In this document: positions 11,859-24,858 of the stretch, one piece after another
Position numbering within the stretch: position 1 is the stretch's first letter
Layout of the letters: each line of letters opens with the position of its first letter
Source of the DNA: Mobula hypostoma
Taxonomy: Eukaryota
Assembly: GCF_963921235.1 (NCBI RefSeq)
Contig: NC_086097.1
Span: 241,306,001-241,370,000 of the forward strand
DNA: 64,000 bases
Direction of reading: 5' to 3'
Notes under the pieces: model-generated
What the model was told of the DNA's origin: nothing
What the model saw: only the letters and a program-made list of their open reading frames with translations
Database searches by the model: none
Translations under genes and position numbers: made by a program

Positions 11859-12279
11859 AGAAAACCAACTTCCAGTTAAGGGCACTGAATGATTTTGTGA
11901 CCTTGATAAGTTGTGCTCAGCTCTCAGTGAGGGTAGGTCCTTGTTTTTCAACCTATAAATAGTGTTTGACAGCACTAAAGAATCCATTCACGTCATGGTT
12001 ATCAGTCACCCTGATGGACCTCCTGCATTCTTACTAACAATTCTTTACCACTTTATATGAAACAACAATTTTCATGCAAAGTTTCCATGGTTTTCCTGTC
12101 AATAAGTTAGATAGTCAAAGATTTTCAGTTTATTAACTGAGCCACTGAAGGTTTAAAAGTGTTAACTCTCAAATGATTTCACCTGCAAAGTACAAAGGTT
12201 ATATATAGAAGAAATAAAGAAAAATAGCAGGAAGCCTATAGAGCTTGCTCCATCATTCAAGGTGACTATTGCTGATCGT

Positions 12280-13330
12280 AAGACCATAAGACAGGGAAGC
12301 AGAAATAGGCCATTTGGTCCATCAAGTCTGCTCTGCCATTTCTTCATGACTGAGATTTTTCCTCTCAGCCCCAATCTTCTGTCCCAATGCCATAATTTCT
12401 TGACGATCTTTGTGCCTAGGAATCAACCCATCTTATGGGTGACATGGTAGCATAGTATTTAGCATAACACTCTACAGCATCAGCGATCGGAAGATCCAGG
12501 TTCAATTGCCACTGCTGTCTGCAAGTTCTGACATTAAATCCTTCCGTTCTCTCAGTGACAGCATGAGTTTCTACCTTCTCCCTGCTGGTTTCCTCCCTGG
12601 GCTCTGGCTCGCACTTACATTCCAAATGGTATAAAGCTTAAGGTTAGTAAGTTGTGGGCATACTATGCTGGTGCTAAAAACATGGCAACACTTGCAGGCT
12701 GCCCCAGCACAGTTTCAGGCTGTGTCGGTTGTTAACGCAAATGACGCATTTTAAGGTATGCTTCAATGTTTTGATGTACATGTGACAAACAAAGCTAATC
12801 TTTAATCTTTAATCTCCCTCTTAAATATAATCAGTGACTTGGCATCCATCATCTTCTCTGGTAGAGAATTCCAGAGATCCACCAAGCAACCAATGAAGAA
12901 ATTTCTCTCCAGCTCAATTCCAAATGGCTTAGCTCATATCCTAAGACAGTGGCCTCCTGTTCCAGAACCTCCCGCAAGAGAATCATCCTTCACACAACCA
13001 GCCTGTCAAACCCTATGAGAATATAATGTTTCAATAAAATCTCCTCTCATTCTTCTAAATGCTGGTGAACATGGGCCAACCAATTCACTCCTCATACAAT
13101 CGTCCTGGAATCTCAGCGGTCAGTCCAGTGAATGTTCACTGCATTCTCTCAATGGCAAGAATATCTTTTCAGAGGTACACTCAGCAATACACTTTAAAGC
13201 CCCTTGTAGTGGCACCAAGTCACTCTTACCTCTTGCACTCCAAACTGCTGGAAATAAGGCCAGCTTACTATTTGCTGTAATGAATATTTGTTTTAGTTTC
13301 TAAAGTACAAGAACATCCTGATCCTTTTGA
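12280..13330 (-). mobile_element. Decayed CR1 3' portion interrupted by a SINE
   Basis: AAGACCATAAGAC tail and CR1 3' UTR at 12280-12435; CR1 antisense resumes at about 12815 (GACTTGGCATCC...GAATTCCAGAGATCCACC). Confidence 0.65.
12437..12815 (+). mobile_element. tRNA-derived SINE
   Basis: Degenerate A box (TGGTAGCATAGT) and B box (GGTTCAATTGCC); ends TGTACATGTGACAAACAAAGC(TAATCTT)n. Confidence 0.7.
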
Positions 13331-13404
13331 ATATTCAAGATTCAAGATGGTTTATTGTCATTCTTTAGTACACAAATGTAAAGGAGAGCGAAATGATTGT
13401 TACT

Positions 13405-14828
13405 CAAACCCCAAAGTAAATTTATTAACAAAATACAAAGACATCACCATATAAAACCCTGATACTCATTTTCTTGCAGGCATTCACAGTAAATATAAGA
13501 AACGCAATAAAATCATTGAAGGACCGCCCCCAACAGGGTGGACAAACAATGGATATGACAAAGACAGCAAACTGCAAACACAAAAAGAATTGATAGAAAA
13601 ATAAATAAAAAAGCAATAAATAACGAGAACATGAGATGAATAATACTTGGAAGTAAGTCCATACGTTGTGGGAATGGTTCAGTGATGGAGGCAAGTGAAG
13701 TTGAATGAAGTTATCCCCTCTGGTTCAGGAGCCTGATGGTTGAGAGCTACTAGCTGTTCCTGAACCTGCTGGTGTTGGTCCTGGGGCTCCTGTACGTTCT
13801 TCCTGATGGTAACAGCAAGAAGAGAACATGGCCTGGATGATGGTGGTGGTGGGGCGAGGGGGTCTTTTACGATGGATACTGCTTTCCTGCAACAATGCTT
13901 CTGTAGATGCACTCAGTAATGGGCAGGGCTTTAACTGTGATGCAGTTGACTGTATCCATTACTTTTTGTTGGCTTTTCCATTCAAAGGCATTGGTAACAT
14001 AGAAACATAGAAACATAGAAAATAGGTGCAGGAGTAGGCCATTCGGCCCTTTGAGCCTGCACCGCCATTCAGTATGATCATGGCTGATCATCCAACTCAG
14101 AACCCTGTACCTGCCTTCTCTCCATACCCCCTGATCCCTTTAGCCACAAGGGCCATATCTAACTCCCTCTTAAATATAGCCAATGAACTGGCCTCAACTG
14201 TTTCCCGTGGCAGAGAATTCCATAGATTCACCACTCTCTGTGTGAAGAAGTTTTTCCTCACCTTGGTCCTAAAAGGTTTCCCCTTTATCCTTAAACTGTG
14301 ACCCCTCATTTTGGACTTCCCCAACATCAGGAACAATTTTCCTACATGAAGCCTGTCCAATCCCTTTAGAATTTTATACATTTCAATAAGATCCCCCCTC
14401 AATCTTCTAAATTCCAGAGAGTATAAGCCTAGTCGATCCAGTCTTTCATCATATGAAAGCCCTGCCATCCCAGGAATCAACCTGGTGAACCTTCTTTGTA
14501 CTCCCTCTATGGCAAGAATGTCTTTCCTCAGATTAGGGGACCAAAACTGCACACAATATTCCGGGTGTGGTCTCACTAAGGCCTTGTACAACTGCAGTAG
14601 AACCTCCCTGCTCTTGTTCCAGTTGAACAAGGCATTGGTGTTTCCGTACCAGGCTCTGATGCAACCAATCAGTATACCCGCCACCACACAACTGTAGATG
14701 GTTGTCAAAGTTTCAGATGACATGCTGAATTTTTGCAAACTTCTAAGAAAGTAGTGTCTACCGATGAGAACTGGCTCATGCACCTCCCGTTTCCTCCTCC
14801 TGAATTCAATAATCAGCTCTTTGGTCAA
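13405..14828 (-). mobile_element. Rex1/Babar-type LINE 3' fragment interrupted by a CR1
   Basis: TKELIIEFRR...YFLRSLQKF...ILIGCIRAWYG at the 5' side; the C-terminus and 3' UTR continue at 13405-13995. Confidence 0.75.
13996..14628 (-). mobile_element. Young 5'-truncated CR1 with 11-bp TSD
   Basis: Open C-terminal frame [19 protein letters not shown]...WNSLP; (AACATAGA)3 tail; AAGGCATTGGT at 13985-13995 and 14629-14639. Confidence 0.92.
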
Positions 14829-15064
14829 TTCCGGATCCTACACAGCATATAAAGAAAAACACAATAAGCATAAAGAACACAATTTAAAAAATAAATAAAT
14901 ACATAAGATTAGCTTATATATATATACCGATTGCATGTACATAAAGTAACGCTGGATACGGAGTATTTGTACATGAAATGTATATATCTATTGCCATTTG
15001 AATAATACTTAGTTATTCTCTTGGTGTTGTCAAGTTAGATAACTTCCTATCTGTCCCTGTCATA

Positions 15065-15975
15065 GAAAGTAAAGTCAAAGTAAGTTTATTACCAAAGTAC
15101 ATATATGTAGTCATGTACTACCTTGATATTCACTTTCTTGCAGGCATTTATAGGAAAATAAAGAAAAACAATAGAATTTACATAAAACTATACACAAAAG
15201 AAGACAAATAAAAAAAACAATATTCAAGATTCAAAGTATATTTATTATCTAAATCTGAATGTAATATACAACCCTGAAATTTGTCCTCCCCATAGACAGC
15301 CAGAAAACAAAGAGGAACCATGGAAACCATTTAAAAAAACTTCAAACCCCCTTCTCCTCCATGTGCAAATAAAGATAAATTGAACAAACAGCAACAAAAA
15401 AAAAGAGAAACACAGGATATAAAACATATAATCAAGAGGCATTTTTCAGTTCAGCTCAGTGTTCATTACTTGCAGGCCTCCCCAATTCAAAATCGTCCAA
15501 ACGAGCAACAATAGAAGGAATGACCAAAAACCTAGAACACATGATAAAATGTGAATTAAAGTTCACAATCCACAAACCATGTCAATCAAACCTTGCTCCA
15601 GCACCATCATCCGACGGCATCAAGGGAGAGAGCATATTGAGAACGTGAGCTGTACAAGAGTTGTTGAAAGTGAACCTGTAGTTCGTGGAATCAGTTCAGA
15701 GGTGATGTGAGTGAAGTTATCCTTGCCACTTCAGGAGCCTGGTGTTGCATGTTAATAACTGTTCCTGTTGATGTGGGACCTAAGGTTTCTGTACCTTTTG
15801 CCTGATGGTAATAGCGAGAAGAGAGCGCGGCCTGGATGGTGGGGCTCCTTGATAATGGATGCTACGTGCTTGTGTCAGTGCTTTATCTAAATGTTCCCAA
15901 TGGTGTGGAGGGCTTTGCCTGTAATGAACTGCACTGGATCCACCACCTTCTGTAGCCTTTTCTGTTCCTGGGCAG
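15065..15975 (-). mobile_element. Rex1/Babar-type 3' fragment with a second Rex-tailed non-coding repeat inserted (about 15222-15640)
   Basis: Two antisense tails (AAAGTAAGTTTATTACCAAAGTAC; TTCAAGATTCAAAGTATATTTATTATC) and the antisense IIKEPHHPG motif near 15840. Confidence 0.6.
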
Positions 15976-17044
15976 GCCGTGATACTTGCTCAAATGACAA
16001 AGCCCCTTTCCATCGTTTTCATAATTTACAATCCCATCCAGCTGCAAATTTAGGAAGGTCACCTTTGTTTTTTCTCTCTCGTCCAAATTATTTATATATT
16101 TTGGGAATAACAATCCTGATTAATTCCCGCCTGCAATCCTGATAAAGACCCATTCATTCCTATTCTTAGTTTCTTGTCTGTCAACACACGTACACTATAT
16201 TACACAACTCCCCCCACCCCCAATCCCATGTGTTTTAATCTTGCATAATAATTATTGGGCTTACCAAGACTGTTAATCATTAATATCATAATGTGGAAAG
16301 AATGATTAAATATTTAAAAGGTGAAAAGCAATTGATATGATTTTCGTTCATGCCTGTCCAACAAGTAAGATGAAATCACGAGAAAATTTCTAATTTGAGG
16401 GAATATTTAAAGTAGTTTCAATGTGACTTTCACAAGAAAAAATGTTATCTGAAATAAAATGGCTAAATATATTGCTAAATGGTTTTCTTATTATGTGTGG
16501 GTTTCAATCTGACATCCTTGGGGTACAAATGGGACTAGAAATCAGAAGATTGGACAGACAAGCTATGTACGTGTTTGCCAATCAATGCCTTTTGCTCATG
16601 GTTTTCCAGTTGACTGCATTTCGTGCCCCGAAGGGTTTCGCTTCATTAAGTCTTCAGAATTCATGGAAACATATTTAAATGTGAATACCTGATTGTGCCT
16701 CGACTGTACTTTTACCTTCCAAGCTCATTTTCAAGAGAGAGTCCCAGTGAGGGAACAGTAAAAACTATTTGCAAAGTTAACAGAGCCCTTGAGTATATAT
16801 TATGAATATTTCTGATTTTTAATTAATAATTATTTTTGGGAGGTTTTGGAGGGTGTTCAACATTTTGCTTCTTATTAACCATTAAGCACATCTAAAGGAG
16901 CACTGCCACAAAAACACAGCATCCATCGTCAAGGACTCCCACTATCCAGGATACGTTCTTTTCTTGCTCCTTTACACTAGTTGCCTTCTTTTGCACATAG
17001 CTTGTTTCTCAGTCCCCGTTTATGTATAGTTTTCCGTAAATCAA

Positions 17045-18768
17045 CTCACATTTCTTCCTACAAGGTGAAATCCAGTGCCATGAATGGGAATGCTGCTTCA
17101 CTATCAGATGAGCTCAACGCCTTCTGTGCCCACTTTGAAACGGGGAGTATAACTACAACTATGAAGATCCCTGCTGCTCCCGGTGACCCTGTGATCCCTG
17201 TCTTGGAGGCTGATGTTGAGCCGTCTTTAAGGAGGGTGAATCTTCACAGGGCGGCAGGCCCTGATGGAGTTCCTGGTAAGGTTCTGGAAACTTTTGCCAA
17301 CCAACTGTCAGGAGTATTCAAGGACATATTCAACCTCTCAGTGCTATGGTCAGAAGTTCCCACCTGCTTCAAAAAGGCAACGATTATACCAGTGCCTAAG
17401 AAGAGTTGTGTGAGCTGCCTTAATGGGAGTACCACTCACATCTACGGTGATGAAATGCTTTGAGAGACCGGTCATGGCTAGAATGAACTCCTGCCTTAGC
17501 AAGGACCTGGGCCCACTGCGATTTGCCTATCACCACAATAAGCCCACAGCAGATGCAATCTCAGTGGCTCTTCACACGGCCTTAGATCACCTGGGCAATA
17601 CGAACACCTATGTCAGGATGCTGTTCGTTGAATATAGCTCAGCATTTGACACTGCCATTCCCACAATCCTGATCAATAAGCTACAGAACCTGGTCTTATG
17701 TACCTCCCTCTGCAACAGGATCCCCAGCCTCTAACCAGAAGACCACAGTCTGTGTGGATTGGTAACAATATCTCCTTCTTGCTGAAAATCAACACTGGCA
17801 CACCTCAGGGGTGTGTGCTTAGCCCACTGCTCTACTCTCTGTATACACATGACTGTGTGCCTAGGCATAGCTGAAATACCACCTATAAATTTGTTGACGA
17901 TACAACCATTGTTGATAGAATCTCAGATGAAAAAGAGAGGGTGTACAGGAATGAGATATACCAGCCAGTTGAATAGTGCTGCAGCAATGACCTTGCACTC
18001 AACATCAGAAAGACAAAAGAACTGATTGTAAACTTCTGGAAGGGTAAGACAAGGGATCATGAACCAGTCCTCACAGAGGGATCAGAAGTGGACAGGGTGA
18101 GCAATTCCAAGTTTCTGGGTGTCAAGATCTCTGAGGATTTAACCTGGTCCCAACATATTGATGCAGCTATAAAGAAGGCAAGACAGCAGCTATATTACAT
18201 CAGGAGTTTGAAGAGATTTGGTTTAACAACTAAAACACTCAAAAACTTCTATAATTACTGAGCATTCTGACAGGCTGCATCACTGTCTGGTAAGGGGGGG
18301 GGTGGTTACTGTACAGGACTGAAAGAAGCTAGAGAAAGTCAGCTCCATCTTGTTTACTAGCCTCTGTATTACCCAAGACATCTTTAAGGAGTGGTTCCTC
18401 ATAAAGGCGACGTCCATTATTAAGGACCCCATCACCCAGGACATGCCCTCTTCTCACTGTTACCATCAGATAGGAGGTACAGAAGTCTGAAAGCACACAC
18501 TCAGTGATTCAGGAACAGCTTCTTCCCCTCTGCCATCCGATTCCTAAATGGACATTGAACCCATGAACACTACCTCACTTTTTTTAATGTATATTATTTC
18601 TGTTTTTGCACAATTTTTAATCCATTTAATATACTTACTGTAATAGATTTACTTATTTATTTTTTCTTTCTAGATTATCATGTAGTCAGTAGTCCATTGA
18701 ACTGCTGCTGCTAAGTTAACAAATTTCACAACACATGCCCGTGATAATAAAGCTCATTCCGATTCTGA
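17045..18768 (+). mobile_element. Rex1/Babar-type LINE, 5'-truncated, RT pseudogene
   Basis: AAGPDGVPGKVL...FKDIFNLS...FKKATIIPVPKK, YVRMLFVEYSSAFDT and GTPQGCVLSPLLYSL across frameshifts; GATTCT tail. Confidence 0.9.
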
Positions 18769-19483
18769 CATTTTCAGTATTATTTATTTATGCATTTATT
18801 TATTTATTTTCTATTTGCACATTGGTTATTTGTCAGTCTTTGTGTGTAGTTTTTCATTGATTCTATTGTATTTCTTTGTTCTACTGTGAATGCTTGCAAG
18901 GGAATGAATTTCGAGATAGTATATGATGCCATATACATATTTTGATAATAAATTTTATTTAAAAGTACTTTGAACCTTGAATCCATCCCTCAGTGACTTT
19001 CCTTTAGTCTCTGACTCCCTCAGTATCTTACTACACACATTTTTGACCTCCCCCTAATCTCTGATCCCTTGCAATTTCTGACTCCTTCCATGCCTGATAG
19101 CCCACGTGGTCTGGCTCCCCACCAAAGTCTTTGACTGGTCCATCTCTGATTCCCAGAATGTCGGTGCTCCCCATTTCCAGCATCCTTCCCTACCCTTATG
19201 CAGAGGGCTTCTTTGATCACCTGTGAAAAGGTTCTTGGCTTGCCTCTCAAAAAGTACCAGAACAGCTTTGATAAGATCCTGGACCTAGTCTGATGGGGTC
19301 AGAGTTAGATGTAGATCAGAAATGCCATAAAAAGTCTCAAGGAAAAGTAACAAGTCAACTGATACCCAGAAGCCCAAGGTCCAACAAATTACAGGTTAGA
19401 ATACAGGAACAGATGCACAGCAGACTTAATGGGCTGCATGACCTAATTCTGATTCTTTGTCATAGGTCTGAAAATATTGTTTT

Positions 19484-19497
19484 AAAAGAGTGACCCT
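19484..19497 (+). repeat. L1 target-site duplication, left copy (right copy 25086-25099)
   Basis: AAAAGAGTGACCCT is identical on both sides, each preceded by TT. Confidence 0.92.
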
Positions 19498-19631
19498 GGT
19501 TCTGGTGATGTCATCGTTCAGAATGGCAGCTCAAATCAACAGCTCCTCTGGAAAAACACATAAATTTTGCCCCATTAATCCATCAAATATAAGATCTTTT
19601 GAAAATATCTGTATTGATAAGGGGAGAAAGA

Positions 19632-20614
19632 ATGGAGATTAAAAAAGCCCTACTGCGGAGCCCATGGAAGAGAGAGGGGCGACGCACAGCTCTCCTACAC
19701 GTGGTGTGGTGGCTGACGCCGGGCCTTGTGCGGGCGAAGCGGCAAGGATGATAAGAGATCAGGGAAGTCCAAAAAGGTATAAAGCAGCAATTCAATGATA
19801 TAAGGTCAGAGTTCGCCAACGTTAACCAGAAGATAGCGGTGGCAGAGACTCTAATTGAGAAGGTGGAAGATTGCGTACAAAACGTGGAACAGATACTAAG
19901 TAAGACGATAAAAAATATCAAATCAACAGGAAAGTAAGTTGCTTGACCAGGAGGGAAGATCGCGTCGGGAAAATGTCAGGATTTATAATGTTCCCGAAGG
20001 AGCGGAGGGATTATCGATGATGGACTTTGTAAAAAAGCTGCTGCGGGAAGCGCTGGAGATCCCCCCAACTATGGAGATTGATATTGAGATGGCGCATCGT
20101 TCGCTCGTCCCGCGGCCCTCCAGAGACAGAGAAAGTAAACCGCACTCAATAGTACTTAAATTTCTTCGATTCAAGAGCAAGACAGAGATTCTATGAAGGG
20201 CCTGGGGTAAGAAGAGGGTTTTTTGGAACGGTTAGTTAATATACTTCGATCATGATTACCCCCCAGCGGTCCTACAGAAACGGAAGGAATATTCAGAAGC
20301 AAAACAAATATTAAAGCAAGAAAAGATTAAATTCCAAACCCGGTACCCTGCTAAGCTGAGGGTATTTTACCAAGAGGGGATATGACTATACCAGACGGTG
20401 GAAGAGGCGACTACAGACATGAACAATAAATAGAGGACTGTCCATTAGCGTGGTCAAACCAAGGGAAAGTCTGGCTGAGCAGTTATCCCGATCTGCTGGG
20501 GAAATAGTAAGAGAACCGAGAAAGCAGGAGACGGGAGCAGGACGAGAGAAGGATATTAGGAAGGGACTATCAGTTCTCCGAGGACAGCCCTCGCCTCCTC
20601 CAGAAGAGCCATAA
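19632..20614 (+). pseudogene. L1 ORF1 (coiled-coil + RRM + CTD RNA-binding protein), disrupted
   Basis: EGRSRRENVRIYNVPEGAE...DIEMAHRS...PHSIVLKFLRFKSK motif (ORF 19939-20196), followed by YFDHDYP and YPAKLRV; stops and frameshifts present. Confidence 0.85.
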
Positions 20615-21059
20615 GGTTTGGCTAACTTTAAAAGTGCTGATAAACTAAACAGAAGCAAAAATAGACGGTGATATACCTATCTTGATAAATACGTTTTATA
20701 ATGTGGTTTTTATATTACTCAATTTTTCAAAAATTCATTCATTCATTCCTTTTTCCCCACCTAGATGAGAATATATACATGGGAGGAATACACAGGGAAA
20801 TCATTTCTGTGTAATTTTTTAACTTACTTTTATAGGTGCTGCAGCGGGGGCCCTCAACTCACAGGTAGGAGGGGCTATCCCCCACGGCTAGACTTTTCTG
20901 CTAGCCCAACCCAGGGTCATCTAGATACCCCAGCCTTGGAATCACACCTTCGTTACCTTTTTTTTATTATTCGCGTTTCTTGGCTCTTATTTGTTCAGGG
21001 AGTAGATCGATTAAGTTATGCTCTGCAAATTTCAATGATATACTAACAGATAAATACAC

Positions 21060-24000
21060 ATGGCTAAGTACAAAGTAAAATTCATTTCTTTTAATTTTAA
21101 TGGGCTGTTGAATCCAGTCAAACGCAGTAAAATTCTATCAAAAATTAAAAAAGAACAAGCCCATGTAGTATATTTACAGGAAACTCACTTAAGTGATAGT
21201 GAGCATGGAAAATTAAAGAGAATGGGCTTCACTAATTTATTTTTCTCCTCATATAAATCAGGACATAGAAGAGGAGTTGTTATTCTCATCTCAAGCAAGC
21301 TAAAGTTTGAAAACGTATTTGAAATGGGAGATAAGGAGGGCAGATATATTCTGGTAAGGCGGAATATAGATGGAAATCCAGTTACTTTATTGAATACATA
21401 CACACCCCCAGGAAGTAATATTAGTTTCTTCCAGAAAATTACTAATATTATGGTAATGGAAACAGAAGGTCTCTTGATATATGGGGGAGACTTAAATTTA
21501 CAATTATAACCAAAGTTAGACTCTTCCAATAGAAGAACTTATGAAACAAAGTCCTTACATAAGAAAGTTAACACTCATTTTGAGGATGTTGGTCTAATTG
21601 ATATATGGAGGGACCTTTCCCCCACAGAAGGGATTACACTCAATATTCTGCCCCCCCCCATTCTGTATATACAAGAATAGACCATTTCATAACATTTGGA
21701 AAAGATAGAGACAAAATAATCACCTGTGAAATTGGGACAATAGATGTAAGTGACCATGCACCTATATACTTATCTGTTGATTTTGACCTACAACCAAAGA
21801 ACACTATTTGGAAACTAAAATCAAGTCTACTCAATGATCCCTATTTTAAGGAACAAATTAAAAAAGAAATTGGTCTTTACTTAGAATTCAATGATAATGG
21901 AGAAGTTTCACCTCCCATTCTATGGGATACTCTGAAGGCTGTCTTAAGAGGGAAAATTATAGCGATATCTTCATATAAGAAAAAATAAGGAATAAAATAT
22001 GAGAGGAATTACAAAATAAGCTGAAGGAACTAGAAAAAAAACACAAATTGAGTTTGGCACAGGATACACTAGAGGAAATCAAAAAAAAATTAGTATTGAA
22101 ATTAATAGTTTGGCTACACAAGAAATTAGAAAAAAATTAATGTTTCTGAAACAGAGACACTATGAAAGTGGATCTAAATCTATGAAAATACTGGCGTGGA
22201 AACGGGAAAAAAAGAAGATAGCAGAAAAAACAATTCATTGAATTAGGGATCCAAGAACAAAAGTGTTAAAAAATAAGCTAAGTGAAATTCTAGAGGCTTT
22301 TGAAATGTTTTACAAAACTCTACATTCCAAAATTCCAGGGGGAAGCATAACCCAAATTGACACCTTCCTGAATTCTTTAGGGTTACCCACTTTAAGCAAA
22401 GAACAAAACAAAACGATGACTGCTGACATAACTGAAGCTGAACTAAAAACTGTAATTAGTAGGCTTAAATTAAGCAAGTCACCAGGTTCAGGTGGATATA
22501 TGGCAGAGTGGTATAAAGAGTTTAGAAATGAGTTAATTCTGTTTTACTCCCCACACTGAACTGGGCCCTAAGAAAGGCACAAATGCCACCCAGCTGGAAG
22601 GAGGCGATAATCTCAGCTATACCGAAAGAAGGCAAGGATAAAATGGAATGTGGCTCATTTAGACCAGTATCTGTTCTTAATGTGAATTATAGAATATTTA
22701 CCTCCATCATGGCCAAACGATTAGAAGATTTTCTACGAACACTGATACATAATGATCAGACAGGTTTTATACAACAACGCCAAATGCAAGACAATATACG
22801 AGGGACACTTCACATCATGGATCATATAAAAAAATGAAATTGAAGCAATAGCGATAAGCATGGATGCTGAAAACGCATTTGATTCGGTTAATTGGAATTT
22901 TCTTTACAGAGTTTTACATAGATTTGGTCTACATGACACAATTATTAAAACTATACAGGCACTATATGACAATCCTACTGCCCAGGATTAAAATCAATGG
23001 ATATTTATAAAAGTTTTACCCTAGAAAGGGGCACGAAACAGGGTTGTGCATGGTCACCGCTACTCTTCGCATTATATCTGGAACCATTAGCTCAATACAT
23101 CAGACAAAATGAAGATATCGGGAATTACTATTAAAGGGACAGAGCATAAATTGGTCTGTTACGCGGATGACATTTTGATCTATCTAGGGCAACCAACATG
23201 CTGTTTACCTAAATTGATGCAATCCTTTGAACAATATGGCCAATTATCAGGATACAAAATCAACATAGATTAAACCCAACTACTTTCATATAACTATAGC
23301 CCATCAGGAGAAACTGAAAGTAGATATCCTTGGGTATGGTAAACAGAGTCTGTCAAATATTTGGGCATCATTATGCCAAAAGATTTGGCAAAATTATCAA
23401 AATGCAACTATCAGCCTGTATATAAAAAAAATTAATGAAGATATAACAAGATGGAACCTAATTTCTTTTCTTGGTCTCAGTTTAAGGATTGAATCTATTT
23501 AGATGAATATACTGCTCAGACTACTATATCTCTTTCAGATCCTACCAATAGAGATCAACCAAAATCAATTCAATGAATGGAACAAGATGCTATCAAGATA
23601 TATATAGCAAGGTAAAAGGCCTAGGGTTCATCTCAAAACTTTGCAATTAGCCAAAGAAAAGGGGGGATGGGGCCTACCTTCTCTTAGAGATTATTATTTT
23701 GCAGCACAGTTGAGAGCTGTGATATGCTGGTGCAACCCATCATATGATGCTCAATGGAAAAACATTGAGGAGAGGATACTTTCCATCCCCATACAGGCAA
23801 TTTTGGCTGATAACAACCTACAAAGTTACATAAATAATATTGACAACCCGTGGGTGAAATGGGCTCTGAAAATATGGAAAGCTATTATAAAAGAATATAA
23901 ACTAGGGAGAGACATTGCAATTCTTAATTGGTGTGCATATGACTCGGATTTTATGCCGAATAAACTGGATGCTAGATTTAAGGACAGGACAGCTAAAGGA

Positions 24001-24858
24001 ATAACAGCTATTTGCAATATAATGAAAGAACGAACACTGTTCAGTTTTGAAATGCTCAAAGAGAAACACTTACTAGAAAAACAAGACTCTTACTGGTATT
24101 TACAGATGCAACAGTATGTTAATAGAACGGTTAAAAATGTAACTGAGGCAAGTACATGTTTGATAGAGCTATTTAGAAAAGCATATAATTCAGACAACGG
24201 TGGTAGAATAATTTCAAGTGTGTATAAGGGTTTGTCAAATCTTAAAACACATTCAACCTCATGCGTTAAAACAAAATGGGAGAAGGAAGGACAAAGAAGA
24301 CTGGACAATAATATGGAGGTATCAATGGAAGTGTACCAGTTCACAGAAATGGAGGGAGTTCGGATGGAAAAACTTGATAAGATATTTTATTACACCCTCT
24401 CAGAAATCCCATTATGATAATAACCTCCCCCCAACCCTGTTTGCTGGAGAAATTGTGGAAATCAAAATGCAAACCATTATCATATTTTCTGGGAATGCCC
24501 TGTTGTCAAAGACTGTTGGAGTGGGATACATAATGACCTACAAGACATCTTTAAATGTGAAATACCCTTAGAGAGTAAGACAATATATCTTAGGTATATA
24601 CCTCAAGAATGGTTGAAAAGAGATGAATATTTAATGAATGTTCTGCTGGTGGCTGGTAAAAACACCCTTACCAGGAAATGGTTATCACAGGACAGCCCAT
24701 CTTTAAATATATGGATGGAAATTACAATGGATATTTACAAAATGGAGAAGATAACAGCATCTGTTAATCATAAGTTGGAACAATTTTATTCATACTGGAA
24801 AAAATGGTTTAACTACATAACACTTCATAGGCCTGATTTTATTCTCACAAGTCAATGA
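21060..24858 (+). pseudogene. L1 ORF2 (APE endonuclease, reverse transcriptase, C-terminal Cys-rich domain), disrupted
   Basis: [62 protein letters not shown] (about 23160); CxxC...HIFWEC; many frameshifts. Confidence 0.92.

Noticed and set aside
14097..14828. 243-aa ORF as a novel protein
   Set aside because: Accidental in-frame fusion of Rex/Babar and CR1 fragments across a TSD-marked junction.
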